A stretch of 61,074 nt of DNA, the filler included, from Basidioascus undulatus (lineage: Eukaryota), in assembly GCA_000826855.1 (NCBI GenBank). It is 4 parts of 4 records of this genome, joined end to end, with 100 filler letters (N's around TTAATTAATTAA, not from the genome) between each part and the next. Parts side by side here need not be neighbours in the genome. Positions count along the whole stretch, not along the records: positions 1 to 30,140 come from JTLS01000116.1; positions 30,241 to 40,452 come from JTLS01001161.1; 2 more parts are not named here. One strand, 5' to 3'. Made by a program: the position numbers and the translations under genes. Of the stretch, positions 24,021 to 36,164 are shown one piece after another. A model generated the notes under the pieces. It was given only the letters and a program-made list of their open reading frames with translations. It was not told the origin of the DNA and did no database searches. Within the stretch, counting starts at the first letter, position 1, and each line of letters begins with the position of its first letter.

Positions 24021-25628
24021 CGCTGTCTACAGAGCGGTGTGTGGGCGTGTTCTGTGAGGATACCGAGCAAATCTCAGTCCAGCGTCCAGTATCTCTTGAG
24101 ACCTGTGTTCAACGCCCGCCCCTGCCACCTTCCATCTCCCGCCTGCCTGGCGCCCGCAACACCAGCCCACATACACACATCTGCAACACACCACTCACCT
24201 CTCGCTCCACTCTTCCTACAACAACCCACTGACCTGGAACGAGCGAGGCGCAAACCCTTCGTCGTCGCGCGGGTGAGGGTCGCGTTTCACGAGCCCCTTG
24301 CGCGCGTCCAAGCGCGTCGTTCGTGCCGGGCGCGTGGGGTTCGCAGCTTCTCGCCGTCGGTAAAGCGCGGCAGCTGGAGAGACGGGATGAAGAGGCGTGT
24401 TGAATAAGAACAGGTCAGTGGAATGTGGATAGGGAAAGGTGAGCAAGAGCAGGACGACCGACACAAGCGTTGTGCGACCCTGAACGACCGGGAACGCGGC
24501 AAGCACGCGTGCCTTGGATGCCCGTCGTGTTGGTGAGTGCCTGTCAGGCGCGGACAGCTGACGGGTGCAGGTCTCGTTTCGCATTTCTGTTTCTGTCAGA
24601 CTCGGGGATTTCCATATAAAGTACATTTGGGATTGGAGGCTGACGTGGATGCTGATTGTGAAAGGGGCTATTTGTAGGACTGGATGGGCGTGATTTATGT
24701 TAGGATGTGACGCGGCTAGTGGGCTACAAGGAAGAGGTCCAGGCAGGGAAGCAGGAAGATGAGGGGGGGCGCAGGGGGGCAGGGGGAAGGAAACTGGGCC
24801 AGCACTAAAAACCATGAGAAAAGAGTTTGCACCAGGCAGCAAGAAAGCGGAGGTCTAGTCTAGGCGGGGATGAGCTGATGCTCGGCTCGGATGCTTGACA
24901 GAGGGCCAACTCGATGTCCTGGAGAATGATGCTGGCTGTACGCGGTGGTGCATTGAGAAGGCGGTCGAGGAGGGTGATGCTGGGGATAATGTGGTCATTG
25001 GCAAGCGTAATTTGGGTGTCAGGGAGTGCGGAGGCGATGGCGCTGTTGACTAACTCTTCCTTCTCCTGCTTCTTGCGGGAACTCGCGCTTCATGCTCTGG
25101 CGCTCGAAGCGGCTTCACCTCAGGCATGGTTCAGTCTTCGTGTGCTTGAGAGCCGCGTCCAATTCCGTGGCCCGTGTGCGAGACGGTCGAGTGCCTCTTG
25201 TCCCGAGGCCTGCTGCTCACAACGAAATGCTATGCAGCTCATAACGAACTGCGATGCTGCTCACAACGAACTGCCAGGAGCGCTCCCCAGCCTCCTGGGA
25301 GGCTGGCCTGACCCTGGCTCTCAGTAAGAGACGGCTAGATTAAAAAAATAAGAGTAAAAAATTGCCGCGTTGGGAAAAGAAAAGAAAAAAGTGGGCTTCA
25401 ATCTATGAGAAGACAGAGTGAAGGGAACGACGGGCCTTCAGGAGAGTCAGGCTGCATCCGTGAACTTCCGAGCCAGCGCTTAGCTAGCTCGCAGTCAGCC
25501 TGTGGATCGAAAACAGCGCAATTGGCTATTTACACAAGTAAGCACACAAACAAGAAGACAACAACTGCGCACTTCAGAGGCATAAGCCTGCCGCGGGTCA
25601 ACAACAACACTTCACTGCTGGCGGCGAG

Positions 25629-25634
25629 CCTATA
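25629..25634 (+). promoter_or_regulatory. Putative TATA element of the laccase gene
   Basis: CCTATAAGAC ~85 nt upstream of the ATG, followed by a pyrimidine-rich leader. It is conserved in the duplicate copy at ~29657. Confidence 0.5.
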
Positions 25635-25717
25635 AGACCTGTCTTCTTCGACCTCAGTAGCACTTTCTCCCACTTTTTCTCGGTCTTTCACGTTGACTCT
25701 CTGAGCGTATACACATC

Positions 25718-28700
25718 ATGCTGTCCTTACTCACTCTCATAGTCACTTTCGCCCTTCTCTCATCCACCTTCGCCACCCCCCAAGGCCTTTCCAGCCCGCT
25801 CGAGCGTCTCTCTAACCCCCCCACAGCGGTCACTCCCAAACCCCCGGCGGGCCCCGTCATCGATATGACAGCGCCAGCCGCCCCACCGGTGGAGGGGGGC
25901 GAAGAGCGCGGCATCGGCCTCGGCGACGATCTCACGGGCCAGATCCGCGAGTACAACTTTTTACTCGACAACTCGGTCGTCGCGCCGGACGGTTTCCCGC
26001 GTGCAGGAGTGATCGTCAATGGGCAATTGTAAATATCTGTCGCTTTAGCGGGTTCAGCTCGGAGAGAGGACGCAAGCAGAGAAAACTTACAATTTGTGGC
26101 GTTGCACAGTCCTGGCACTACTATTCGTGCAAACAAAGGCGACTTTTTCAGGATCAACGTGCGAGCGGTCGGGTAATGGAACGCCTTGAAGCCTGTTGCT
26201 TACACTGGTTCGAGGACAGGTCGACGACCAGCTCGTGGACCCTGACATGCGCCGAAGCGTCACCGTCGTAAGTGGGCAGTTTTTTGGGAAGTGACATGCT
26301 CCAGTAAAGCTTGTTCCGCCTCTCTCAGCACTGGCACGGTATATTCCAAAACAAAACCGCCTTCCAAGATGGAGTGGCTCAGGTCACGCAGTGTCCGGTC
26401 AGTGCCCCTTTCTGTTTTCCGCGGTACAGCCCTCTTGAACGCGCACGGAAGCTGATTTATGACTGCCTAGATCGCACCCGGAAACGAGTACCCATACTTT
26501 TTCAGCACCGACGACCAAAGCGGGACATTTTGGTACCACTCCCATCTTTCTACTCAGTATATCGATGGGTTGCGTGGAGCGATTATCATCTACGGTAGGC
26601 AGCCCTCCCGACCTACCTGAGTGGTGAGAGGAGCGTGTTAATGACTGTGGTGCATGCAAAGACCCGGAAGACCCGTTCAAGGACATGTATGATGTTGATG
26701 ACCTTGGGACTATCATTCAGCTGGTGAGACTTATACTTCCGCGTCTTATACTGTCGTGAATCTCATCGCAGCATGCAGGGCGACTGGTACCATATTCCCA
26801 CTATCCCCCTGCTCGAAGGTACGCTTGAACCGGACCTCCTGCAGTTGAATAGTATCCTGACTTTCTTTTCGTTCTTTTTTTTAGAATTTTATGACGTGCG
26901 AATTTCCTTTCTCCCGCCCTTTACTCTTCATGGACTTGCTCAAGCCATCTCCACGCTCTACCAGCCCGACAACGGCGGCGCCGGCCAAGAGCCCCACCCC
27001 GACTCTGGGACCATCAACGGCCTCGGCCGTTGCAAAGCCGGCCAGGCCGAGTGCCCTCAAGACACCCCGCTCGCTGTGATCAACGTCAAGCAAGGCCAGC
27101 GCTATCGTATGCGTACCATCAACAACAGCGGCCTTGCCTACTTCACATTCAGCATCCAGAACCACGACATGACCATCATTGAGGCTGATGGGAATCTTCA
27201 CCAGCCGCTGGTGGTGAGCGAGTTCGACATCTTCGTGGGGCAGCGGTATTCCTTTGTGGTGAGTCGGTTGAGAGTGTAGAGGGGTGCCAGATGCTGTGTG
27301 CGGAACTGATCAGGCAGGATGGTCGTAGCTCGAGGCAAATCAGCCAGTGGACAACTATATAATCAAGGCGCCGATGACGGTGGGACACGGGGCAATTAAC
27401 CCCAACTGTGCGTAGCGCAGCTCTGTTGGTCAAGCAAGCATCTGAAGTCTTTATCATTCCAGTGGATCTGGACAATGTATTCGCCATCTTGCACTATGAG
27501 GGCGCACCTGACCCTTCCACACTCTTTACCCAAGATCTCAAAAAGCTCGCTGTGCGCTCTCCACCTCTTCTTATCGCTCTTAGCTTCCCTACTGCCCCTG
27601 ACATGCTCTGCTCTTTCCAGGGTGGTCCCCCAGCTGCCACACAGGGAGGCCTACTCGACAGCGTCCTTGGCCCCGTCTCCCTAGCGCCCGTGTCCACGCC
27701 TGCGGAGGAGGCCGGCAAAGCGGGCAAACTTGATACCCGGGACCTCGTTCCGCTCATCAATCCTGCCCCACCTGGTGGCAACAACCCCCCGGACATCGTA
27801 GTAGACCTTGAGTACTCACGGTGGGTGCTCTCATATTTTCCGTTCTCCCTTTCGTCAACCTCGTCTCATTCCTGTCTTCCCTTGGTGGCAGTGGCGTGAA
27901 CGGCACAGACTCGGTCGCTTGGATGGTCAATGGCATTCAGTCCGTCCCCTTCTCTCCCCACAATACCTAGTCAACCCCCACCCCCTTACAGCACTCACGA
28001 CCGAACGCTTCTCCTGCAGGTTCCTACCACCGAACGTTCCGACCCTCCTTCAGATCCTGGCTGGTAACGCCACAGTCACCGAAGACTTCGCCAGGAACGA
28101 CAACACGATTGTCCTCCCCCGCGGAAAGATCGTCGACATCCACATACACGGTGGGAACAACGCTGTCTTGTGCGTCTCATCCGCCTTTTCATTCTGTATC
28201 TTTCAGCAAAAAACTGCGGAAGCCTCAATATTCGGAAGTTCCATAGACATCCCTTCCATCTCCACGGGCATGCCTTCTCCGTCATCCGCAGTGGTTTGCG
28301 GGGCGGCGAGAATTATGTCAACCCGCCGAGGAGGGATGTAGAGGCTGTGGGCGGTCACGGAGCGATCTTACGTTTTGTGACGGTGCGCTAAAAAAGACCC
28401 CTCTCTCCCTTCCGTGTCCAATCACTGACAGCGGTGGTGCCTTGTTGTAGGACAACCCCGGTCCATGGATCTTCCATTGGTCTGCCCACTCCATCTCTCC
28501 TAGCTCACCTTCCTCCCCTAACGCTCACGCTCGCTCACCTGTACCCCCTTTCCGGCAGCCACATCGACTGGCACCTTGATGCTGGTCTCGCTGTCGTCTT
28601 TGCTGAGGACCCCGAAGGCATCCGCGATCGCGTGCAACCAAACCAAAACTGGGACGAGCTTTGCCCGATCTATGAGGCGTTGCCGCCGGAGCTGCAGTAG
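25718..28700 (+). CDS. Secreted laccase / multicopper oxidase (AA1), multi-exon
   Basis: Signal peptide [19 protein letters not shown]. All four copper motifs present: HWHG (~26329), GTFWYHSH (~26530), HPFHLHGH (~28248), and [19 protein letters not shown] split by an intron. Axial residue Leu. C-terminus [16 protein letters not shown]. Confidence 0.95.
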
Positions 28701-29277
28701 AGCGCTTTCGCAGTCCATACTTGCCCTTTGCTTGTTCCTAACCTTTATCTCAGTTCGATTTCCCTTTTATCATTTGAGAATGTATATATAATTTCAATTC
28801 TCGTTCTGTCATTCTCATTGTGACTTGTGCGGCTGTGAGAAACCAGTCGTTGAGAAACCAGTCGTACGTACCCATCTCGTAGGCTTAGGGTTAGGTGTTA
28901 AGAGCTCTGCATGCAACGCCGCTAGTGGGCAGCAGGAGGGTAGAGTACCGGAGCAAGAATGGGCCGGGCCAGCACCAAAACCACATGGGTGAAAGCGGGT
29001 GTCGGACGGCGCTGCGAGGAGGGGCGAGTTTGGCAAACGCTGCATTCGCTAGCGAGGGAAGGGAGTATATAGGACGCGCGTTTGGCACGATGCAGTATGC
29101 CGTTGCACTCGCACATTTCCTTCCCGCCGTTTGCAGCGCCGCGTCGAACGTGTTGGTCCAGTACTCAGGCATGATGATGGGATAATCGGTAGCGTTGGAG
29201 CTGTTCATGCACAAGGTCGGCACCAATGTGAATAAGTACTACAGAAAGGCTGCCCACCTATTGGTGTGAATGCTCCT

Positions 29278-30140
29278 TCAGGCATGGTTCAGTCTTCGTG
29301 TGCTTGAGAACGACGTGCAATCTTTGCTCAGTAAGAGACGGCTAGACCAGAAAAATATGAGTAAAAAATTGCCGCGTTGGGAAAACAAAATAAGAAAGTG
29401 GGCTTCAATCTATGAGATGACAGAGTGAAGGGACGACGGACCTTCCAAGAGAGTCAGGCTGGCATCGGTGAACTTCCGCGCCCAGGCTTAGCTATCTCGC
29501 AGTCACCCTGTGGCTCGATGCTAACCAGGACATCATCGCAAAACATATAGTGATAACAGCGCAAGTGGCTATTTACAAACAAGAAGACAACAACTGTGCA
29601 CTTCAGAGGCATGAGTCTGCCGCGGGTTAACAACACTTCACTGCTGGCGGCGAGCCTATAAGACCTTCTACGTATTCTTCGACCTCAGTAGCTCTTTCTC
29701 CCACTTTTTCTCGGTCTTTCACGTTGAATCTCTGAGCGTATACACATCATGCAGTCATTACTCACTCTCCTAGTCACTTTCGCCCTTCTCTCGTCCACCT
29801 TCGCCGGCCCCCAAGGCCTTTCCAGCCCGCTCGAAGGTCTCTCTAATTCCCCCCAAGCGGTCACTCCCAAACCCGCGGCGGGCCCCGTCATCGATACGAC
29901 AGCGCCAGCCGCCCCACCAGCAGAGGGGGGCCAAGAGCGCGGCCTCGCCTCGGCGACAATCTCACGGGCCAGATCCGCGAGTACAACTTTTTAATCGACA
30001 ACTCAGTTGGGGTTTGGTTAGGCGTTAAGAGCTCTGCATGCGACGCCGCTAATGGGCAACAAGAGGGGTAGAGTACAGGAGCGAGAAGGACCGCTAATGG
30101 GCAACAGGAGGGGATACAGGAGCGGGAAGGGGCCAGGCCA
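29278..30140 (+). pseudogene. Tandem duplicate of the laccase locus: promoter plus exon 1 with frameshift, then jump to the 3' flank
   Basis: 29278-30004 aligns with 25120-25974 (ATG 29749, [19 protein letters not shown]). GGCATCGGCCTC is GGCCTCGCCTC in the copy, a 1-nt loss. 30006-30140 aligns with 28885-28971. Confidence 0.9.
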
Positions 30141-30240
30141 NNNNNNNNNNNNNNNNNNNNNNNNNNNNNNNNNNNNNNNNNNNNTTAATTAATTAANNNN
30201 NNNNNNNNNNNNNNNNNNNNNNNNNNNNNNNNNNNNNNNN
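30141..30240. other. Artificial contig spacer
   Basis: N44-TTAATTAATTAA-N44, stops in all six frames. Confidence 0.99.
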
Positions 30241-30475
30241 CCTCCTCAACGGCGGGCGGAGCGGGGAGGAGGTTGCCGGTCTCGCCGTCGTCGTGCATCG
30301 CGTGGTCGTACTCGTGCCCTTCGTCGAGCATGTCGACCTCCTCGGCGGCGAGGGCAGGGGAGGGGTTGAAGTCGGCGTCCATGTAGGCGTCTTCGGCGGC
30401 CATGTCGGCCGGGGTGAGGTAGTCAAGCATCGGCGATGGCTCGTCGTACATCATCTCCTCGGGCTCAGCGAGCAT
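30241..30475 (-). CDS. N-terminus of an acidic hypothetical protein, truncated by contig end
   Basis: MLAEPEEMMYDEPSPMLDYLTPADM... with strong C/G third-position bias, open into the gap. Confidence 0.6.
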
Positions 30476-30864
30476 CGTGGCGACGAGGAGGGCGGGGCGA
30501 AAGGCGGCGGGAAGGAAGAGTGTCGAAATACGAACTGGGTGGCACTGAAGAAGGGAGCAGAGGTCAGCGCTGCTCTATCGCAGATTGCGGGTGAAGACCG
30601 ACCTACAATGAGCTTGATCGCCTGATCTTTAAAGCGTGAGTGTCGTTGAGAAGTGGGCAAGAGCCGCAAGACTAGCTAAGCTTGCAAAACGTGTCGTAGA
30701 CGGGGGCGGGAGAAAGAAGTGTGACGGTGGGGCGCACGCAGATGGGCAAGTCCTCACGATCAACTAGGGTTACAGGTAACTAACTACGTCCGCCCCACGT
30801 GTCTTCTCGCTTGCCTACTGCTCGCTTACCTGCTTTCCTTCGACTGCCACACTCACCGCGAGCA

Positions 30865-31587
30865 ATGTGCTCAATGATCCTCTCAAAAGCCATATCATAC
30901 TCACCCGCGTCTGCGCGCTCGATATCCACCGATGCTTCGCACGATCTGCGACGCCTGATGCGCAACATGCCCCAAACCGTCGCCGTCCTCACCGTTCGCA
31001 CTTGGCAAACACCCTCACATCCGCCATCTTCACAATCGTCTCCAGCATCGACGTCCCGATCTTCATCTTCTCAGCACCCCTATCATGGCGCCACCCTCTC
31101 ATCCTTCTCCTCCGTCGCGCTCCATCCCTTCCCCCTCGTCTCCTTCGCCCTCCGACTGCCCTCTCGCCTCGCGACCTACATCAAGCAGTCCGCGTCCCCC
31201 TCCTTATCACCCCCACAAAAACCGACATTCGTGCTCAACCTCCTCTCCTCCTCCCAAGCCGATCTCGCCACCGCCTTCGCCCGTCCCTTGGCCGACGACT
31301 TCACGCCTTTCAACGTCTTCCCCCACGCGCCTTCGCCCGAGGGCATCCCTATCTTCGATAATGCAGCCGGAGCGCTCTCGTGCTCGCTCGTGTCTAGTAT
31401 CCCCCTCTCCGCCGCCGGGCTGCCGGCGCTCAAGGGCAGCGCACACGAGGACCGCCTCGGATCGGAGCTCTTCATCGCCAGGGTAGAGAGGGTCGAGCGC
31501 GGGCTTGCGGCAGCAGACGAGGACCAGCCCTCGCCATTGCTGTATTGGAATCATCAGTATACCCAACCTGCACAGGCAAAGCGATGA
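30865..31587 (+). CDS. Flavin reductase-like (FMN-binding split barrel) protein, likely mitochondrial, intronless
   Basis: LRRLMRNMPQTVAVLT, HGATLSSFSSVALHPFPLVSFALRLPSR, FVLNLL, GSELFIARV, PLLYWNHQY. Confidence 0.85.
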   Translation: MCSMILSKAISYSPASARSISTDASHDLRRLMRNMPQTVAVLTVRTWQTPSHPPSSQSSPASTSRSSSSQHPYHGATLSSFSSVALHPFPLVSFALRLPSRLATYIKQSASPSLSPPQKPTFVLNLLSSSQADLATAFARPLADDFTPFNVFPHAPSPEGIPIFDNAAGALSCSLVSSIPLSAAGLPALKGSAHEDRLGSELFIARVERVERGLAAADEDQPSPLLYWNHQYTQPAQAKR

Positions 31588-33350
31588 TGGCTTGGTTGGT
31601 GCCAGCAAGCATTCGTAGCAGTAAGTCCCCTGCCGTACTTTGCAAATGCGCGCCGCTGACTCCTTGAGCTGCCTGCAGTCTAGCATTTTGAGCACGCATG
31701 ACGCATGGCAATTACATATCATTGATCGCATGTGGAGATTACTTTCTGTGTGTCGGGTTGAAGTTGAGAAGACGCAGCCACCGTCGGCATTTTTCAGATC
31801 TCTCAATCTTCGCTTGCAAATCTCTCACACTTCGTGGATTTTTCAACTCGTTTGGTTGGAGAGCGACACGCTTCCCCTTCGCAATTTTTCCTCAGACAGC
31901 TCAAAGATCGTCGATCGGCACACTTTCACCTCTATTGTAGCTGATGCCGCTTTCCGGCGCTCAGTGGTCTGCAGGGCGCTTGAAATACTGAAATACGGAC
32001 GCGGTTCATTATCAATCACGTGAACAATGCATCGCTATGGCATCCTATTAACCCCGCTTTCACGTCATGTCGCAGACCGAGTGACTAAACGGTCTTTACA
32101 ACGCATTGTAGCTGTCCCTGACCCTGTCGACTTGGGCTACATTTTTTGCTATCAGCGCTCGTCTCAGGAGACCGCAAACGAGCCGTCCAGTCAGTCAGGC
32201 TCGTGAGTCAGGCTCGTGAAAGTCCTGCGCTGCCTGACTTCCCAGCACCGCGGCGCAGCAGTGGAGCCTTCTGCGTTGTACTTTATTTGAGATTATTACG
32301 TTTACCTTGCTGAGCCGACGGCACTCGTGAACGCCACGTACAAACTATTGATGCGAAGAGAATATGCAGGGGTTAATGCTGGTGGTCAGGTAGGTCATCC
32401 GTCAGTCAGCAGCAACGAATGTTTGCCCGTCAGCGAGAAACGTGGAACGCAAAGATGTGACATCGCACCCAGGCACAACTGATTAAACATATCAGCTCAG
32501 AGGAATGACTAGACAGGCTTTTCTGGAAGAATGCATTAAGGTCAAGGGCTGTCGAATGCAAGAACAAAGACTCGCTGGCCTTGTGAGCAGTTCGTGCGTG
32601 TACGACAGCTTGCTCCCGAGTGATTCTCCAGCTTGTTTGAGACCGGCTTCTAAATCAGACACCCAAGGATTACTCACGAATAACCTAAATATGGGGCTAG
32701 TTACATCGCAGCTGTTCTGGGGGTACACAGCTCAGCGAAGAGGTTAGTCAGAGGGATTCAGGCAGGCTCCAAGCAGCGCTAGCAAACCAGGCCACGAGAA
32801 AGAGGGACGGCGGCGAGCGATCCTTTATATAAGATTTATCGGCTTTAATAGGATTTTGAGATCGAAGGAATTGGGGCGCAAGGAAATAGTGCGACGCTGG
32901 GAGATTGGAGATTGGATCAAAACGTGTCCACGTGTTTCGAGAAGGGGTTCTTGATGCTGAAGATCAATCGCATTCAAATTCCAACGGCTTATCCCGTGAA
33001 GTGGCCATGCCTCCTCGTGAGCTTTCACCGAGAGTGCAGCCATCATGATGCACGCACAAGGACTGCACCCTGTCACTGCAGTTGAAGCTGCGGGTTCCGC
33101 CGACCGTGCCGCAGAGCCCGTTTCGACATCATGCGGGAGCTTCCTCGTGTTAGTTTTCAAGGTGACTGACGAGATTTCCCTATTGCTCCGTGGAGGATGT
33201 TCACCATCCCGACGAAGTGCGGAAAGAAACGGCACGTGACCGGACCGTCCGATAAGGATCAGAACGAGGGGAGACGCTTGCACGAGCTTCTTGCCTCTTG
33301 CCTTCACTGTACCCGCTGTGACCCACTCAAGCGACCATACAACATCCACG

Positions 33351-35992
33351 ATGCCCCCTTCCGGCCCTTACCCTGCCCGCGCTCATGCGCGGAAGGTCGC
33401 CGATCTGCTCCACAAGACCATTGGGACGCCTACGGCCGTGCGTCCAGTTTGTTGATGATTGTAGGCATGCAGTGCTCGCCCTGTGCTCACGCGAGTCACA
33501 ATGTGACAGGGAGAGCTGCACGTCGTGTACTTTGCCGGAGAGAAAGTGCTATATAGGCACGACACTGACCGCGGTACGTGACATTCTCCCATCACCTGAA
33601 TCGAACTTCATAGTTGACGTGGTCGACAGAGCTGCTGTTTCGTCAAGTCCGTGCCATCCTTCCTGTCAATTGAACGCGTAAAGGCTGCTGACAGACGGTT
33701 ATTCAAAAGGAGTCCAATTTCTTCTATCTTTCCGGCTGCGATCGTCCTCACTCCGAGCTTCTGCTCACGCTCGAAACTGGCAACCCAAAGCTCGCCCTCT
33801 TCGTGCCCGTAAGTCTCCGCGCATTGTTTCATGGATGACGCGAAGAACATGCTCACTGTTATATACGCAGCCTCGTGATCCGCTGGACGTCATGTGGTCG
33901 GGCGAACCCGTCTCGCTCGAACAGGTCCGGGCAACACACGACGCGGATGTGATCGAAGAGACCTCTTCCCTCTCATCGTATCTCGCATCGTCCATCGCGT
34001 CCGCGGCAAAAGTAGTCGTCCATACTCTCCCCGGCCCGCTACCGCAGGTGTTCTCTTCGCTTGACGCGGGCGTCAACGTCGAGCACGACTCGTCGGAGAC
34101 GTTCATTCGCGCCCTGCACGAAGCGCGCATAACGAAGGACGAGTACGAGATCGAGCTCATGCGGTACGGTTTACCATGAAAGTCCATCTGCAGACATGCT
34201 TTCTAATTCCGTTTTCTGGCTACTGCAGCGAGGCGAATCGGATCAGCTCGGTCGCGCATGAGACCGTCATGCTCATGCTCGGCGAGCAAGCAAAGAAGGG
34301 CGATATCGTTGGGCGCAAAGGCCGCGGAAAGCGTATACTTCTGCCGGCCGACTGGGAGCTTGAGGGAGAGGCCGATGTGGAGGCAGTTTTCACCGCCACT
34401 TGCAGGCGAGAGGGGTACGTTGGCTCCTCTTCCCTCTTCTCGTGCGCCAAAATTGACCGAACTCAGAACTATGTTGCAGGTCCCTCAACCAAGCCTACCT
34501 TCCCATGTGCGTGTGCTTTCCATGACGACCATGCCGCGTGCCAGGCTGATTTTTCTTGATTCCACAGATGCGCCAGCGGGCACCACGCTGCGACTTTGCA
34601 CTACTGCTGCGGTGAGCTATGTACCATCCTCTGTGCGCCGCTTGCTGCTTCTGATCACGCTGTGTCTGCAGGGAGCTCGGACTTCGCGTGTGGACCTGTC
34701 GCGCCGCGTACCGACGACAAGTTCGAAACGGCGCACGAAGAAGACCACGCCGGCTGCCACACCGCGGACGACGGCGGGAAGAAGCTTCTGCCGCAGGTGG
34801 TACGTTGCTACACGTCGGAGGGGAAAGGCCAGACCCGAGCTGAAACATGTGACCTCCGACGGGCTGTTCCACAGATTCTTATTGACGCCGGTTGCGAGTT
34901 CAGGAACTACAGCGCCGACGTTACTAGGTTAGCCTGTCATTTACATTATGTTTCGGAGTCTGATGTTTACGTTATAATGCAGGACGCTGCCGGTGAGTTG
35001 TGTAGCTTATCTGATCTGGCTTGTCTGTTGACGCCCATGTGCTGCAGGTTGGCAACGGTGGCCGCTTCACGCCCGAGGCACGGGACATCTACTCCCTCGT
35101 CCTCGACATGCACACGGTGAGCCCCTGTTCTTTGAGTTTCTTCAAAAGTAACCCACTCACAACTCAAACAGCAAGCGTTCCAAGCGTGTCGCCCTGGCAA
35201 GCACTGGGAAGAAGTTCACTTCCTGTGCCACGAGATCCTCGTGCGCCACTTCCTCGAGCTTGGCATCTTCAAGGGAAAGTACGAGGAGGTCCGTTACCTT
35301 TTACTTCGCGCTTGTACACAGTCCGGTACTGACGTGCCTTGGCTCACGTATCAGGTCCTCGCCTCTGGCATCTCAGCCGCGTTTTTCCCGCATGGTCTGT
35401 GCGTCGGCTCATTTTCTTTCGCTAGCTGTTGGCGCGTCTGGCGATGGTTTTGACTGTTCGCAATCAATCCCAGGGGCCATTCTCTCGGAATGGACGTCCG
35501 TACGTTGCCAGCCTTTATTCTTCCGCACGCACGAACGAGCTGATGCAATCCGCGTGCCGACCAGATGACGTCCCGCTGGCTTCGCTGCCCGAAGGCCGTG
35601 GTGAGGCCCCCTTCTTTACTTACCTTCGTCTGCGTCGTCCACTCGAGGAGGGTATGATTGTGACTGTGGAACCTGGTAAGCTTGCCATGACTTCTAGCGT
35701 CATGCCGAAGTTGACTTTGCGGTCAGGCTGCTATTTCTCACCCCACCTCATGGCGTGCGTCGCTCATGTGTTCCCCTATCAGTCTTAACATCGCTCTGAT
35801 TTTATATCGTACTCTCACAGGCCTGTGCTTGATAGCCCTTTCCTCGACCGCACCGTGCTCGCGAAGTACGAGGGCATGGGAGGAGTGCGCATCGAGGACG
35901 GCGTGGTGATCACCAAGGACGGTGCGGAGAACCTGACCACAGTCAGGAAGGATATCGAATGGCTAGAAACCATATGCGGTGGCCGGGAGTGA
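33351..35992 (+). CDS. Xaa-Pro aminopeptidase / prolidase (M24B, PepP-like), many exons
   Basis: MPPSGPYPARAHARKV, LLFRQ/ESNFFYLSG, ARITKDEYEIELMR, LHY, LIDAGCEFRNYSADVTR, FFPHGL/GHSLGMD, VTVEPG, GGVRIEDGVVIT. Confidence 0.92.
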
Positions 35993-36164
35993 AGCAGCTC
36001 CCGAACAGCGACAAACGATCATGCAGCCTTCTTGTAACGACTCATTCATGGCAAGATCTGCACCATCAGGCATTCGAAAAAACAGCATCTAAAGCATCAA
36101 CAGCACGTGAAGACCAGAGTCCCGTATGCGAACGCCAGCGGAAAAGGGAAACAGTTGAGCGCAT

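Noticed and set aside
15201..28700. Hv1 plus laccase as a coupled extracellular redox/pH module
   Set aside because: They are ~10 kb apart with MSH4 and relics between them, and no shared regulatory signal was seen.
30185..30196. TTAATTAATTAA motif repeated three times (also 40497, 50808) as a biological repeat or piggyBac-type TTAA site
   Set aside because: It is always centred in exactly 44+44 Ns, so it is a synthetic linker. ORFs ending in 'LIN' are artefacts.
508..31587. A flavin cluster made of RIB3, the flavin reductase-like gene and the FAD oxidoreductase
   Set aside because: The genes are on different contigs joined artificially.
32194..32219. GTCAGGCTCGTGA x2 and other short tandem duplications (10521, 51908)
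   Set aside because: Two-copy slippage-type repeats without spacers. Not CRISPR-like, and no function can be supported.
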